From Eledone cirrhosa (Eukaryota), in assembly GCA_964016885.1 (NCBI GenBank), contig OZ024746.1:92132001-92196000 (forward strand): DNA of 64,000 bases, in the 5' to 3' direction. Below are positions 51,488 through 63,725 of the stretch, one piece after another. Position 1 is the stretch's first letter, and each line of letters begins with the position of its first letter. Both the position numbers and the translations under genes were made by a program. Under the pieces are notes generated by a model. The model did not search any database. It saw only the letters and a program-made list of their open reading frames with translations, and had not been told where the DNA came from.

Positions 51488-54400
51488 TTGAAGTAAGATA
51501 TCTGTACTGTTGTTATGTCATCATTTGAAGTAAGATATCTGTAGTGTTGTTATGTCATCATTTGAAGTAAGATATCTGTATTGTTGTTATGCCACCATTT
51601 GAAGTAAGATAACTGTATTGTTGTTATGTCATCATTTGAAGTAAGATATCTGTATTGTTGTTATGTCATCACTTGAAGAAAGATATCTGTACTGTTGTTA
51701 TGTCATCACTTGAAGTAAGATAACTCTATTGTTGTTATGTCATCATTTGAAGTAAGATATCTCTATTGTTGTTATGCCACAATTTGAAGTAAGATATCTG
51801 TAGTGTTGTTATGTCATCACTTGAAGTAAGATATCTGTAGTGTTGTTATGCCACCATTTGAAGTAAGATATATGTAGTGTTGTTATGCCACCATTTGAAG
51901 TAAGATATCTGTAGCGTTGTTATGTCACAATTTGAAGTAAGATATCTGTAGTGTTGTTATGCCACCATTTGAAGTAAGATATCTGTAGTGTTGTTATGTC
52001 ATCACTTGAAGTAAGATATCTGTAGTGTTGTTATGCCACCATTTGAAGTAAGATATCTGTAGTGTTGTTATGCCACCATTTGAAGTAAGATATCTGTAGT
52101 GTTGTTATGTCATCATTTGAAGTAAGATATCTGTAGTGTTGTTATGTCATCATTTGAAGTAAGATATCTGTAGTGTTGTTATGTCATCACTTGAAGTAAG
52201 ATATCTGTAGTGTTGTTATGCCACCATTTGAAGTAAGATATCTGTAGTGATGTTATGCCACCATTTGAAGTAAGATATCTGTAGTGTTGTTATGCCACCA
52301 TTTGAAGTAAGATATCTGTAGTGTTGTTATGTCATCATTTGAAGTAAGATATCTCTATTGTTGTTATGCCACAATTTGAAGTAAGATATCTGTAGTGTTG
52401 TTATTCCACCATTTGAAGTAAGATATCTGTAGTGTTGTTATGCCACAATTTGAAGTAAGATATCTGTAGTGTTGTTATGCCACAATTTGAAGTAAGATAT
52501 CTGTAGTGTTGTTATGCCACCATTTGAAGTAAGATATTTGTAGTGTTGTTATGCCACCATTTGAAGTAAGATATCTGTAGTGTTGTTATGTCATCATTTG
52601 AAGTAAGATATCTGTAGTGTTGTTATGCCACCATTTGAAGTAAGATATTTGTAGTGTTGTTATGCCACTATTTGAAGTAAGATATCTGTAGTGTTGTTAT
52701 GCCACCATTTGAAGTAAGATATCTGTAGTGTTGTTATGCCACCATTTGAAGTAAGATATCTCTATTGTTGTTATGCCACAATTTGAAGTAAGATATCTCT
52801 ATTGTTGTTATGCCACAATTTGAAGTAAGATATCTGTAGTGTTGTTATGCCACCATTTGAAGTAAGATATCTGTAGTGTTGTTATTCCACCATTTGAAGT
52901 AAGATATCTGTAGTGTTGTTATGCCACAATTTGAAGTAAGATATCTGTAGTGTTGTTATGTCATCATTTGAAGTAAGATATCTGTAGTGTTGTTATGTCA
53001 TCATTTGAAGTAAGATATCTCTATTGTTGTTATGCCACCATTTGAAGTAAGATATCTGTAGTGTTGTTATGCCACCATTTGAAGTAAGATATCTGTAGTG
53101 TTGTTATGTCATCACTTGAAGTAAGATATCTGTAGTGTTGTTATGTCATCATTTGAAGTAAGATATCTGTAGTGTTGTTATGCCACCATTTGAAGTAAGA
53201 TATCTGTAGTGTTGTTATGCCACAATTTGAAGTAAGATATCTCTATTGTTGTTATGCCACAATTTGAAGTAAGATACCTGTAGTGTTGTTATGTCATCAC
53301 TTGAAGTAAGATATCTGTACTGTTGTTATGCCACAATTTGAAGTAAGATATCTCTATTGTTGTTATGCCACAATTTGAAGTAAGATATCTGTAGTGTTGT
53401 TATGTCATCACTTGAAGTAAGATATCTGTAGTGTTGTTATGCCACCATTTGAAGTAAGATATCTGTAGTGTTGTTATGTCATCACTTGAAGTAAGATATC
53501 TGTAGTGTTGTTATGTCATCATTTGAAGTAAGATATCTCTAGTGTTGTTATGCCACAATTTGAAGTAAGATATCTGTAGTGTTGTTATGCCACCATTTGA
53601 AGTAAGATATCTGTAGTGTTGTTATGTCATCACTTGAAGTAAGATATCTGTAGTGTTGTTATGCCACAATTTGAAGTAAGATATCTGTAGTGTTGTTATG
53701 CCACCATTTGAAGTAAGATATCTGTAGTGTTGTTATGTCATCACTTGAAGTAAGATATCTGTAGTGTTGTTATGTCATCATTTGAAGTAAGATATCTGTA
53801 GTGTTGTTATGCCACAATTTGAAGTAAGATATCTGTAGTGTTGTTATGCCACCATTTGAAGTAAGATATCTGTAGTGTTGTTATGCCACCATTTGATGTA
53901 AGATATCTGTAGTGTTGTTATGCCACAATTTGAAGTAAGATATCTGTAATGTTGTTATGCCACAATTTGAAGTAAGATATCTGTAGTGTTGTTATGCCAC
54001 AATTTGAAGTAAGATATCTGTAGTGTTGTTATGTCATCACTTGAAGTAAGATATCTGTAGTGTTGTTATGCCACAATTTGAAGTAAGATATCTGTAGTGT
54101 TGTTATGCCACCATTTGAAGTAAGATATCTGTAGTGTTGTTATGCCACAATTTGAAGTAAGATATCTGTAGTGTTGTTATGCCACAATTTGAAGTAAGAT
54201 ATCTGTAGTGTTGTTATACCACAATTTGAAGTAAGATATCTGTAGTGTTGTTATGCCACCATTTGAAGTAAGATATCTGTAGTGTTGTTATGCCACCATT
54301 TGATGTAAGATATCTGTAGTGTTGTTATGCCACAATTTGAAGTAAGATATCTGTAATGTTGTTATGCCACAATTTGAAGTAAGATATCTGTAGTGTTGTT

Positions 54401-55100
54401 ATGCCACAATTTGAAGTAAGATATCTGTAGTGTTGTTATGTCATCACTTGAAGTAAGATATCTGTAGTGTTGTTATGTCATCATTTGAAGTAAGATATCT
54501 GTAGTGTTGTTATGTCATCATTTGAAGTAAGATATCTGTAGTGTTGTTATGCCACAATTTGAAGTAAGATATCTGTAGTGTTGTTATGCCACAATTTGAA
54601 GTAAGATATCTGTAGTGTTGTTATGCCACCATTTGAAGTAAGATATCTGTAGTGTTGTTATGCCACAATTTGAAGTAAGATATCTGTAGTGTTGTTATGT
54701 CATCATTTGAAGTAAGATATCTGTAGTGTTGTTATGCCACAATTTGAAGTAAGATATCTGTAGTGTTGTTATGCCACAATTTGAAGTAAGATATCTGTAG
54801 TGTTGTTATGCCACAATTTGAAGTAAGATATCTGTAGCGTTGTTATGCCACAATTTGAAGTAAGATATCTGTAGCGTTGTTATGCCACAATTTGAAGTAA
54901 GATATCTGTAGCGTTGTTATGCCACAATTTGAAGTAAGATATCTGTAGTGTTGTTATGCCACAATTTGAAGTAAGATATCTGTAGTGTTGTTATGCCACC
55001 ATTTGAAGTAAGATATCTATAGTGTTGTTATGCCATCATTTGAAGTAAGATATCTGTATTGTTGTTATGTCATCATTTGAAGTAAGATACCTCTATTGTT
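51488..55100. repeat. 37-bp satellite (~98 copies)
   Basis: Unit ttgaagtaagatatctgtagtgttgttatgccaccat, with variants gtcatcat, gccacaat and gtcatcac. Confidence 0.98.
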
Positions 55101-56089
55101 CATTTCTAGGTTGTCGCTGCTTTACATTCACTTTTAAAACAATTCTGAAAATTTAACTTGCACTTTAAACTATAAAGAATAATTTATATTCTAAATTTGA
55201 AGTATAATAAATGCAACAGAAGTACAATAGTTTTGTAAATTGGTAGTTGTGATATAACTATACAATTAATTCACAAGAGACTTGAAATTTAAGAAAATGA
55301 TGTAGATGTTACACAAATATCTTGCTGGAAATAAGTTGTATAGTTAAGAAAACTTCATAGTTATACTAATAATAATTTAAAAGGCTTCTGTCATAAAACA
55401 ACTAAGATATTGATGTCACTTAAGATAAATTGACAACTAAATTGATTGTAAAGAAAACATTCATACCGCATGCATTAAAAATTCTATTTCTAGCCCTCAA
55501 AATTGAAGTAAAACAAATGATTTACTGTTCATATTTAGTAGTTTGTTGAGAAATAAGTGCAGCTAGTGTTTAACATCTTATTTTATATTCCATTTCCAAG
55601 ATGTGATGTATTTCAAATACAAAGAACAGCCTCACAGTCAGCATATTGTGAAATAAATGACTAAAGGGTTAAATTATTGACTCTATACGGCTGTCTTAGT
55701 AAACAATACCCCTCCCCATCTGCTTCGATCTCTTTTCTTCTTTTTTCAAGTGAAATGCAAATATTTATTGCATTATATTACATTTGTGTGTGTGTGTATA
55801 TATATATATATTTATATATATATATATATAAATGTAAGTATGCATACATACGTATACATACACACACACACATACACACATATATACATATATATATATA
55901 CACACACACACACATATATATATATATTTCTATACACACACACATATATATATGTATATATATATATACACACATATATATATATATGTATACACACACA
56001 TATATATATATATGTATACACACACACACATATATATACATATACATATGTATGTATGAGTTATATCAAACATTAATAATAATGTTCAA

Positions 56090-56430
56090 TTTGTTTGTAA
56101 ACAAACGGCCCGACTTAAAGCTGTGCTGTGCCAGAAATGTACATTGAAGAGGCTGGGAAAATCTCCTTCAAAAACAATGAGATTTTCAAAGTTAATGCAA
56201 ACATGAATTGCAAAACAAAAACTTAATTTACTGTGCAACCTGCCTACAATGTAAAGAATACTACATGGGTGAAACCGGAACGGGTCTACATGACAGAGTT
56301 TGTGTACATAAACAACAAATTATAGAGCCCTCTGTCAGAAACACCACATGCAGTGAACACTTCACATCATGCAGAAAGGGAAAAATTTACAATCTTCCCC
56401 TTCTTTAAGATATGGTTGGACAACGAACAT
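56090..56430 (+). pseudogene. Penelope-like element GIY-YIG endonuclease fragment
   Basis: NMNCK/KNLIYCATCLQCKEYYMGETGTGLHDRVCVHKQQI...CSEHF matches the NLIYCxxCxxCxxxYIGxT...R...H...HF signature of PLE endonucleases; frameshifted. Confidence 0.82.
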
Positions 56431-56471
56431 TTTTAAGGATTTCACACATTTTCCATTTTATATATATTTAT

Positions 56472-56734
56472 GGGTGATGTGTTGTTTCCTTGAGCAAGAC
56501 ACTTTATTTCACATTCCTCCAGTTTACTCAGCTGTAGAAATGAGATGATAGGGACTGGGGTCCATATCATTCCACTGCAAAGTGGTTGTGGAGGTGCCAC
56601 GGCAAAAAAGCACCCAGCACTCACTGTAAATGAGGTTGGTGTTAGGAAGGGCATCCAGCTGTAGAAATCAAGTTTCCGTCCCACCCTTGCAAGCAGGGAA
56701 AAAGTGGACGTAAAATGAAATGATGATGAAATGA
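56472..56734 (+). mobile_element. 5'-truncated SINE family A
   Basis: Matches 9927-10195. Confidence 0.88.
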
Positions 56735-56834
56735 TATATATATGTATGTATGTAAAAGGTAAACAGAAATAACAACACAATCGCTACAGTATATGGAAGG
56801 TATATATTAGGTTAACGCTCGATATAGCAGGAAG

Positions 56835-56875
56835 AGGGTCTTAACGTTTTGGACGCTAGTCCTTCATCAGAAGAA
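56835..56875 (-). ncRNA. Degenerate hammerhead (GAAA changed to AAAA)
   Basis: Minus strand: tctt CTGATGA aggac-tagc-gtcc AAAAC gtta aga. Confidence 0.5.
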
Positions 56876-57262
56876 AGAATGAGAAATAAGATAGATTGAG
56901 AGGATGGACGCGTTGGAATTGGAAAAAATGTCTTTAGATAAAAATAACAGGTCCATTCATCATCATCATCATCATCATCACCGTTTTACGTCCGTTCTTC
57001 CACGCTAGCATGGGTTAGACGGGTTGTCCTGTTGTGGGCAGTGTCTGGTCGGCTGACCATGCCTTGCTCATACAGGAACTGATCTGGCTTGATTTCTACA
57101 GCTGGATGCCCTTCCTAACACCAACCTCATTTACAGTGAGTGCTGGGTGCTTTTTCGTGGCGCCTACACGTCCACTTTACAGTGTGGGCTGGGTGCTTTT
57201 TTGCCGTGGCACCTCCACGACCACCTTGCGGTGGGGGGGGGGGGGCATATTATTTATATGCT

Positions 57263-60200
57263 TCAGCATGTACCCATGGGAGGTCGGGTACCCTGTATTA
57301 CTGCGTGACGCCAGAAGTCACGGTCGTGTGTCATTGACTTTGAGAGGTGTAGTTGGGTAAGGTCGGCTTTTATCACCTCATCCCAAGTCATCTTGGGTCT
57401 CCCCACTCCGCGGTTTCCATCAACTTCTAGTGCTCTGCACCTTTTTATGCAGCTGTCATCCTTCATACGCATCACATGTCCATACCAGCGTAACCGCCTC
57501 TCCTGCACGCAGCATTTGATTCCTCTTATGCTCAGTCTCTCTCTCAATTCATTTATGCTTTGTCGTTCACGTATATTACTGTTACACATCCATCGGAGCA
57601 TGCAGGCTTCGTTTCTCTCTAATCTACGTAAGTCTTCCACCTTCAGCGCCCAGGTCTCACTACCATGCAACATCGCTGTTCGGATACACGCATCATACAG
57701 TCTGCCTTTCATTCTGAGGGAGAAGCCTTTTGCAGCTAGCAGTGGTAGTAGTTCCCTAAACTTCTTCCATCCCGTTCTTACCCTAGTTATTGTACTTTCT
57801 GAGCACCCACCTCCGTTGCTAATTCGGTCACCTAGGTAGCAGAAGCTGTCTACTGTTTCTACAGGGCCCTCCCAGAGATTGGTGGTACTTGTTTCCTGTG
57901 GCTGTTTGCTTGCTGTTTCAGCACAGCTGCTGCATGTGAATCCTACATTCTTAATTAAGCTTCCTGAGATCCCGCTACATCTCTTGTGTACCCATTGTTT
58001 GCATTTGGGGCAAAGAATGGAGTTCCTACCTACACCTTTCCTACATACTGAGCAAGGCCATTTCCCTGAGGGGATCTGGGTTCTGTTTTCTCGTCTACTT
58101 ATAAGGACCTTAGTCTTTGTCATGTTGACTTTGAGGCCCTTTCTCTCTAGTCCCTGCTTCCAGGTTTGGAATTTATTCTCTAGTTCTACCATAGATTCAG
58201 CTATGAGTGCGAGGTCATCAGCATACAGGAGTTCCCATGGGCATCCGGTCTTAAACTCCTCCGTTATTGCCTGCAGGACTATGATGAACAGGAGAGGGCT
58301 AAGAACAGAGCCCTGGTGGACCCCAACCTGTACGCTAAATTCCTCGCTATACTCATTGCCAATCCTAACTTTGCTGACTGCTCCCCTATACATGGCTTGT
58401 ACCGCTTTCACAAGCCATTCATCTACTCCTAGTTTTCTAAGAGCCCACCAGATTACTGCACGTGGAACTCTGTCAAAGGCTTTCTCAAGGTCGACAAATG
58501 CCAAGTAGAGTGGCTTACTTTTAGCTAGGTACTTTTCCTGTAATTGCCTCACAAGGAAGAGCGCATCAGTGGTGCCTTTCCCTGGTACAAACCCAAATTG
58601 CATCTCGTCTATATTCACCCGGTCCCTAATCAGCTGTGCTATAACTCTTTCTGTTACTTTCATGACCTGGTCCATCAACTTTATACCTCTATAGTTTCCT
58701 CTATCTAGTGCATCGCCTTTACCTTTGTAGCAGTTGACAATGATGCTACTGCACCAATCTTTTGGTATGGCCCCCTCTAGTATTACCTGGTTAACAATAC
58801 GTGTGGTTATAGTGTGACCTACAGACCCAGATGCCTTCAGCATCTCGGCAGCTATACCCGATGGACCGGTTGCCTTCCCTATCTTCATATCTCTGATTGC
58901 CTTACTTACTACGCTGCCGCTGACTTGTACTGCTGGTCCCTCTATAGGGTCTACGTGGGGTAGGGTCTCTTCTTCCCATGCATTCTCCTCATTTAGTAAT
59001 CTATCATAATGACTCTTCCATGCATCTTTCTTCTCAGCACTTGTGAGGGCAAGCTCACCTTTATCATTCCGGATACACTTCTCTCCAATGACATCACAAC
59101 TATCTCTGACACACTGCCTCGCAATCTTGAATACCTCCTGTTTCTGGTCCTCACGTTGTAAAACATGCTTGAATTTTCTATCCTCTGCTTCCCTCCTAGC
59201 TAAGTATACTTGTCGCCTAGCTTCCCTCTTGGTCTCTATGTAATGTACCCTGCTCCCCCCGTTCTTCCATTCTTTCCATGCCTGTCTCTTGGCCTTGACT
59301 GCTTCATCTACCTTATTGTTCCACCACCAAGTCACTCTCCTCCTGCTTGAGGTCTTACTCCAGCCACAAACCTCATCCGTCGCCTCTAGTAAGTTATTTT
59401 TTAGGAACTCCCAGTTCTCTTCTACGTTAAATGTCTCTATCTGTTCTTCTTTACTGTCGTAGGCGTTGAGTAAAATATCTTTAAATCTGTTACTGGTTGA
59501 GGGGACTTTCAGCTTCCAGATCTTTCTTCTCCATGTTGGCCTCTGTTTCAGGGCTCGTCTAGTTCTGACCGTGAGGTCGCTGACAACTAAGCTATGTTGG
59601 GATGTACATTCCTCACTAGGGAAGGCTTTTGTGTTTACGACCGTCCATCTGTCACGTCCTCTGATGAGGATAAAATCTAACTGACTAGAGTGCTCCCCTG
59701 ATCTATAGGTGATCAGGTGGTTGTCGGGTTTTTTAAAGTTTGTGTTACATATCGACATGTCATTGGCGTCGCAGAATTCTAGAAGTCTGAATCCTTCCTC
59801 ATTCCTTGTGCCAACTCCATGGCCTCCATGTACTCTATTGAAGCCGTCGCAGTGTTTACCTACATGTCCGTTAAAATCTCCTGCAATGATTAGGAAGTCC
59901 TTGTCGTCTGTTAGAGCAGTAGTGTGTATTAGGGACTCGTAAAACCTATCCTTAAGTTCGTCTGGCAGCCCCGATTGGGGTGCGTAAGCTGATATTATTG
60001 TGGTAATTGTCTTATTCAGGACTAGTCTGAGTTTAATGATTCTTGCATTTACCCTGTACACTGAGATTACTTTATCTACCCACTTGTCAGCTAATAGTAT
60101 ACCTACACCACCCATCCCATCGTCATTTCCCACCCAGAAAAATTTGTAGCACTGGCTTTTTCCTACAAGGACTCTAGCAGACCCTCCTCTCCATCTAGTC

Positions 60201-60382
60201 TCTTGCACACAGCATACATCAACTTCCTTTCGCTCTAGCATTTCTACGATTTCTCCTGCTCTTCCTTTCATTGAGCCTACATTGATGGTACCAACTCGGA
60301 GTTTTGGGCATTTGTCGACACTCGTAGGGGAGGGTCTCTGGGTTGGCGCTTCACGTGGGTGCTTGGTAGCTCGCAGATTCAT
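57263..60382 (-). CDS. RTE ORF: APE endonuclease + reverse transcriptase + internal PHD-type zinc finger (1039 aa)
   Basis: APE motifs GTINV, CVQETRW, SAYAP, AGDFNGH, QLDFIL, SQH. RT motifs NYRGIKL, QFGF, FVDLEKAFD, GVHQGSVLSP, YADD, FCYLG. No stops. Confidence 0.98.
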   Translation of the reverse strand: MNLRATKHPREAPTQRPSPTSVDKCPKLRVGTINVGSMKGRAGEIVEMLERKEVDVCCVQETRWRGGSARVLVGKSQCYKFFWVGNDDGMGGVGILLADKWVDKVISVYRVNARIIKLRLVLNKTITTIISAYAPQSGLPDELKDRFYESLIHTTALTDDKDFLIIAGDFNGHVGKHCDGFNRVHGGHGVGTRNEEGFRLLEFCDANDMSICNTNFKKPDNHLITYRSGEHSSQLDFILIRGRDRWTVVNTKAFPSEECTSQHSLVVSDLTVRTRRALKQRPTWRRKIWKLKVPSTSNRFKDILLNAYDSKEEQIETFNVEENWEFLKNNLLEATDEVCGWSKTSSRRRVTWWWNNKVDEAVKAKRQAWKEWKNGGSRVHYIETKREARRQVYLARREAEDRKFKHVLQREDQKQEVFKIARQCVRDSCDVIGEKCIRNDKGELALTSAEKKDAWKSHYDRLLNEENAWEEETLPHVDPIEGPAVQVSGSVVSKAIRDMKIGKATGPSGIAAEMLKASGSVGHTITTRIVNQVILEGAIPKDWCSSIIVNCYKGKGDALDRGNYRGIKLMDQVMKVTERVIAQLIRDRVNIDEMQFGFVPGKGTTDALFLVRQLQEKYLAKSKPLYLAFVDLEKAFDRVPRAVIWWALRKLGVDEWLVKAVQAMYRGAVSKVRIGNEYSEEFSVQVGVHQGSVLSPLLFIIVLQAITEEFKTGCPWELLYADDLALIAESMVELENKFQTWKQGLERKGLKVNMTKTKVLISRRENRTQIPSGKWPCSVCRKGVGRNSILCPKCKQWVHKRCSGISGSLIKNVGFTCSSCAETASKQPQETSTTNLWEGPVETVDSFCYLGDRISNGGGCSESTITRVRTGWKKFRELLPLLAAKGFSLRMKGRLYDACIRTAMLHGSETWALKVEDLRRLERNEACMLRWMCNSNIRERQSINELRERLSIRGIKCCVQERRLRWYGHVMRMKDDSCIKRCRALEVDGNRGVGRPKMTWDEVIKADLTQLHLSKSMTHDRDFWRHAVIQGTRPPMGTC

Positions 60383-60597
60383 ATTTCATCTATTGATTCA
60401 GAGTTGCTCGTGTATTCCCAGCTCATCCATCCATAACGGTGGGAAAATTGAGGGCTAGAAGGACAGTGGTGGTGGGGTAATGGCAGGGTGTGTTGGGATG
60501 CGCCAGAGGAGGAGAGAGTTAGTTAGGCAGGTAGTAGCAGCAGCAGCAGTGGAAATGGCATGCTAGGTTTGATTGGTCGAATAGACTATGGTGGTGT

Positions 60598-63500
60598 GTG
60601 CATAGAGAGGGGGGGAGGGAAATTGTGAGGTAGGAACTGAGGGTCGCATGGTAAATATCCAAGTTAATACTACATCAGTAAAATTAACAATAATAACGTC
60701 ATGAAAAAAGCTACTAAGAGAAACCCTCGAAAATTTATCGCTAATACAGCAGGGAAAATTTAACGCTAATACAGCAGGGAACATCATAATATTAACGACA
60801 ATATGTAGGCTAAAATACCTTCGTAGATTAGATGGATGGCTGGCTGGGAAAATTGGAATCGGCTCTAGTGGTACATTTTAGCAGAGAAGAATGGGAAAGT
60901 GTCTTATCTCTTCAATATTTTCAGATTGAATGAATTAGGTTAAAGACAGGGTAGTAAGCCTTAAAGAAGTGCATAGAGAGGGGGGGGGTAGGAACTGAGG
61001 GTCGCATGGTAAATAACTGAGAGAGATACAATAGGATTAGAATACCGCATGGTAAATATCCAAGTTAATAAGTTAATACTACATCAGTAAAATTAACAAT
61101 AATAACGTCATGAAAAAAGCTACTAAGAGAAACCCTCGAAAATTTATCGCTAATACAGCAGGGAAAATTTAACGCTAATACAGCAGGGAACATCATAATA
61201 TTAACGACAATATGTAGGCTAAAATACCTTCGTAGATTAGATGGATGGCTGGCTGGGAAAATTGGAATCGGCTCTAGTGGTACATTTTAGCAGAGAAGAA
61301 TGGGAAAGTGTCTTATCTCTTCAATATTTTCAGATTGAATGAATTAGGTTAAAGACAGGGTAGTAAGCCTTAAAGAAGTGCATAGAGAGGGGGGGGTAGG
61401 AACTGAGGGTCGCATGGTAAATAACTGAGAGAGATACAATAGGATTAGAATACCGCATGGTAAATATCCAAGTTAATAAGTTAATACTACATCAGTAAAA
61501 TTAACAATAATAACGTCATGAAAAAAGCTACTAAGAGAAACCCTCGAAAATTTATCGCTAATACAGCAGGGAAAATTTAACGCTAATACAGCAGGGAACA
61601 TCATAATATTAACGACAATATGTAGGCTAAAATACCTTCGTAGATTAGATGGATGGCTGGCTGGGAAAATTGGAATCGGCTCTAGTGGTACATTTTAGCA
61701 GAGAAGAATGGGAAAGTGTCTTATCTCTTCAATATTTTCAGATTGAATGAATTAGGTTAAAGACAGGGTAGTAAGCCTTAAAGAAGTGCATAGAGAGGGG
61801 GGGTAGGAACTGAGGGTCGCATGGTAAATAACTGAGAGAGATACAATAGGATTAGAATACCGCATGGTAAATATCCAAGTTAATAAGTTAATACTACATC
61901 AGTAAAATTAACAATAATAACGTCATGAAAAAAGCTACTAAGAGAAACCCTCGAAAATTTATCGCTAATACAGCAGGGAAAATTTAACGCTAATACAGCA
62001 GGGAACATCATAATATTAACGACAATATGTAGGCTAAAATACCTTCGTAGATTAGATGGATGGCTGGCTGGGAAAATTGGAATCGGCTCTAGTGGTACAT
62101 TTTAGCAGAGAAGAATGGGAAAGTGTCTTATCTCTTCAATATTTTCAGATTGAATGAATTAGGTTAAAGACAGGGTAGTAAGCCTTAAAGAAGTGCATAG
62201 AGAGGGGGGGGTAGGAACTGAGGGTCGCATGGTAAATAACTGAGAGAGATACAATAGGATTAGAATACCGCATGGTAAATATCCAAGTTAATAAGTTAAT
62301 ACTACATCAGTAAAATTAACAATAATAACGTCATGAAAAAAGCTACTAAGAGAAACCCTCGAAAATTTATCGCTAATACAGCAGGGAAAATTTAACGCTA
62401 ATACAGCAGGGAACATCATAATATTAACGACAATATGTAGGCTAAAATACCTTCGTAGATTAGATGGATGGCTGGCTGGGAAAATTGGAATCGGCTCTAG
62501 TGGTACATTTTAGCAGAGAAGAATGGGAAAGTGTCTTATCTCTTCAATATTTTCAGATTGAATGAATTAGGTTAAAGACAGGGTAGTAAGCCTTAAAGAA
62601 GTGCATAGAGAGGGGGGGGGTAGGAACTGAGGGTCGCATGGTAAATAACTGAGAGAGATACAATAGGATTAGAATACCGCATGGTAAATATCCAAGTTAA
62701 TAAGTTAATACTACATCATTAAAATTAACAATAATAACGTCATGAAAAAAGCTACTAAGAGAAACCCTCGAAAATTTATCGCTAATACAGCAGGGAAAAT
62801 TTAACGCTAATACAGCAGGGAACATCATAATATTAACGACAATATGTAGGCTAAAATACCTTCGTAGATTAGATGGATGGCTGGCTGGGAAAATTGGAAT
62901 CGGCTCTAGTGGTACATTTTAGCAGAGAAGAATGGGAAAGTGTCTTATCTCTTCAATATTTTCAGATTGAATGAATTAGGTTAAAGACAGGGTAGTAAGC
63001 CTTAAAGAAGTGCATAGAGAGGGGGGTAGGAACTGAGGGTCGCATGGTAAATAACTGAGAGAGATACAATAGGATTAGAATACCGCATGGTAAATATCCA
63101 AGTTAATAAGTTAATACTACATCAGTAATAATAACGTCATGAAAAAAGCTACTAAGAGAAACCCTCGAAAATTTATCGCTAATACAGCAGGGAAAATTTA
63201 ACGCTAATACAGCAGGGAACATCATAATATTAACGACAATATGTAGGCTAAAATACCTTCGTAGATTAGATGGATGGCTGGCTGGGAAAATTGGAATCGG
63301 CTCTAGTGGTACATTTTAGCAGAGAAGAATGGGAAAGTGTCTTATCTCTTCAATATTTTCAGATTGAATGAATTAGGTTAAAGACAGGGTAGTAAGCCTT
63401 AAAGAAGTGCATAGAGAGGGGGGGGGGTAGGAACTGAGGGTCGCATGGTAAATAACTGAGAGAGATACAATAGGATTAGAATACCGCATGGTAAATATCC

Positions 63501-63725
63501 AAGTTAATAAGTTAATACTACATCAGTAAAATTAACAATAATAATGTCATGAAAAAAGCTACTAAGAGAAACCCTCGAAAATTTATCGCTAATACAGCAG
63601 GGAAAATTTAACGCTAATACAGCAGGGAACATCATAATATTAACGACAATATGTAGGCTAAAATACCTTCGTAGATTAGATGGATGGCTGGCTGGGAAAA
63701 TTGGAATCGGCTCTAGTGGTACATT
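60598..63725 (-). repeat. ~408-bp tandem monomers (~7.7 copies) upstream of the RTE ORF
   Basis: gtgcatagagag starts at 60598, 60969, 61378, 61786, 62193, 62601, 63010 and 63407. Units are nearly identical apart from the poly-G length and one ~10-bp deletion; the ORF-proximal unit is a shorter variant. Confidence 0.96.

Larger units (their letters stand above)
56955..63725 (-). mobile_element. Full-length, potentially active RTE-clade LINE including a tandem 5' monomer array
   Basis: (GAT)n tail at 56955-56980, 3' UTR, single intact ORF, then 5' UTR continuous with the ~408-bp repeats. Candidate TSD cattcat at 56954-56960 and 63722-63728. Confidence 0.85.

Noticed and set aside
16318-55100. 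Regular 37-46-bp arrays as CRISPR arrays
   Set aside because: The units are head-to-tail with no unique spacers, there are no cas genes, and the context is eukaryotic.
60598-63725. HDV-like or hammerhead ribozyme within the RTE 5' monomer
   Set aside because: I looked because some RTEs carry 5' HDV-like ribozymes, but could not identify the nested pseudoknot or a hammerhead core by eye. A descriptor search is needed.
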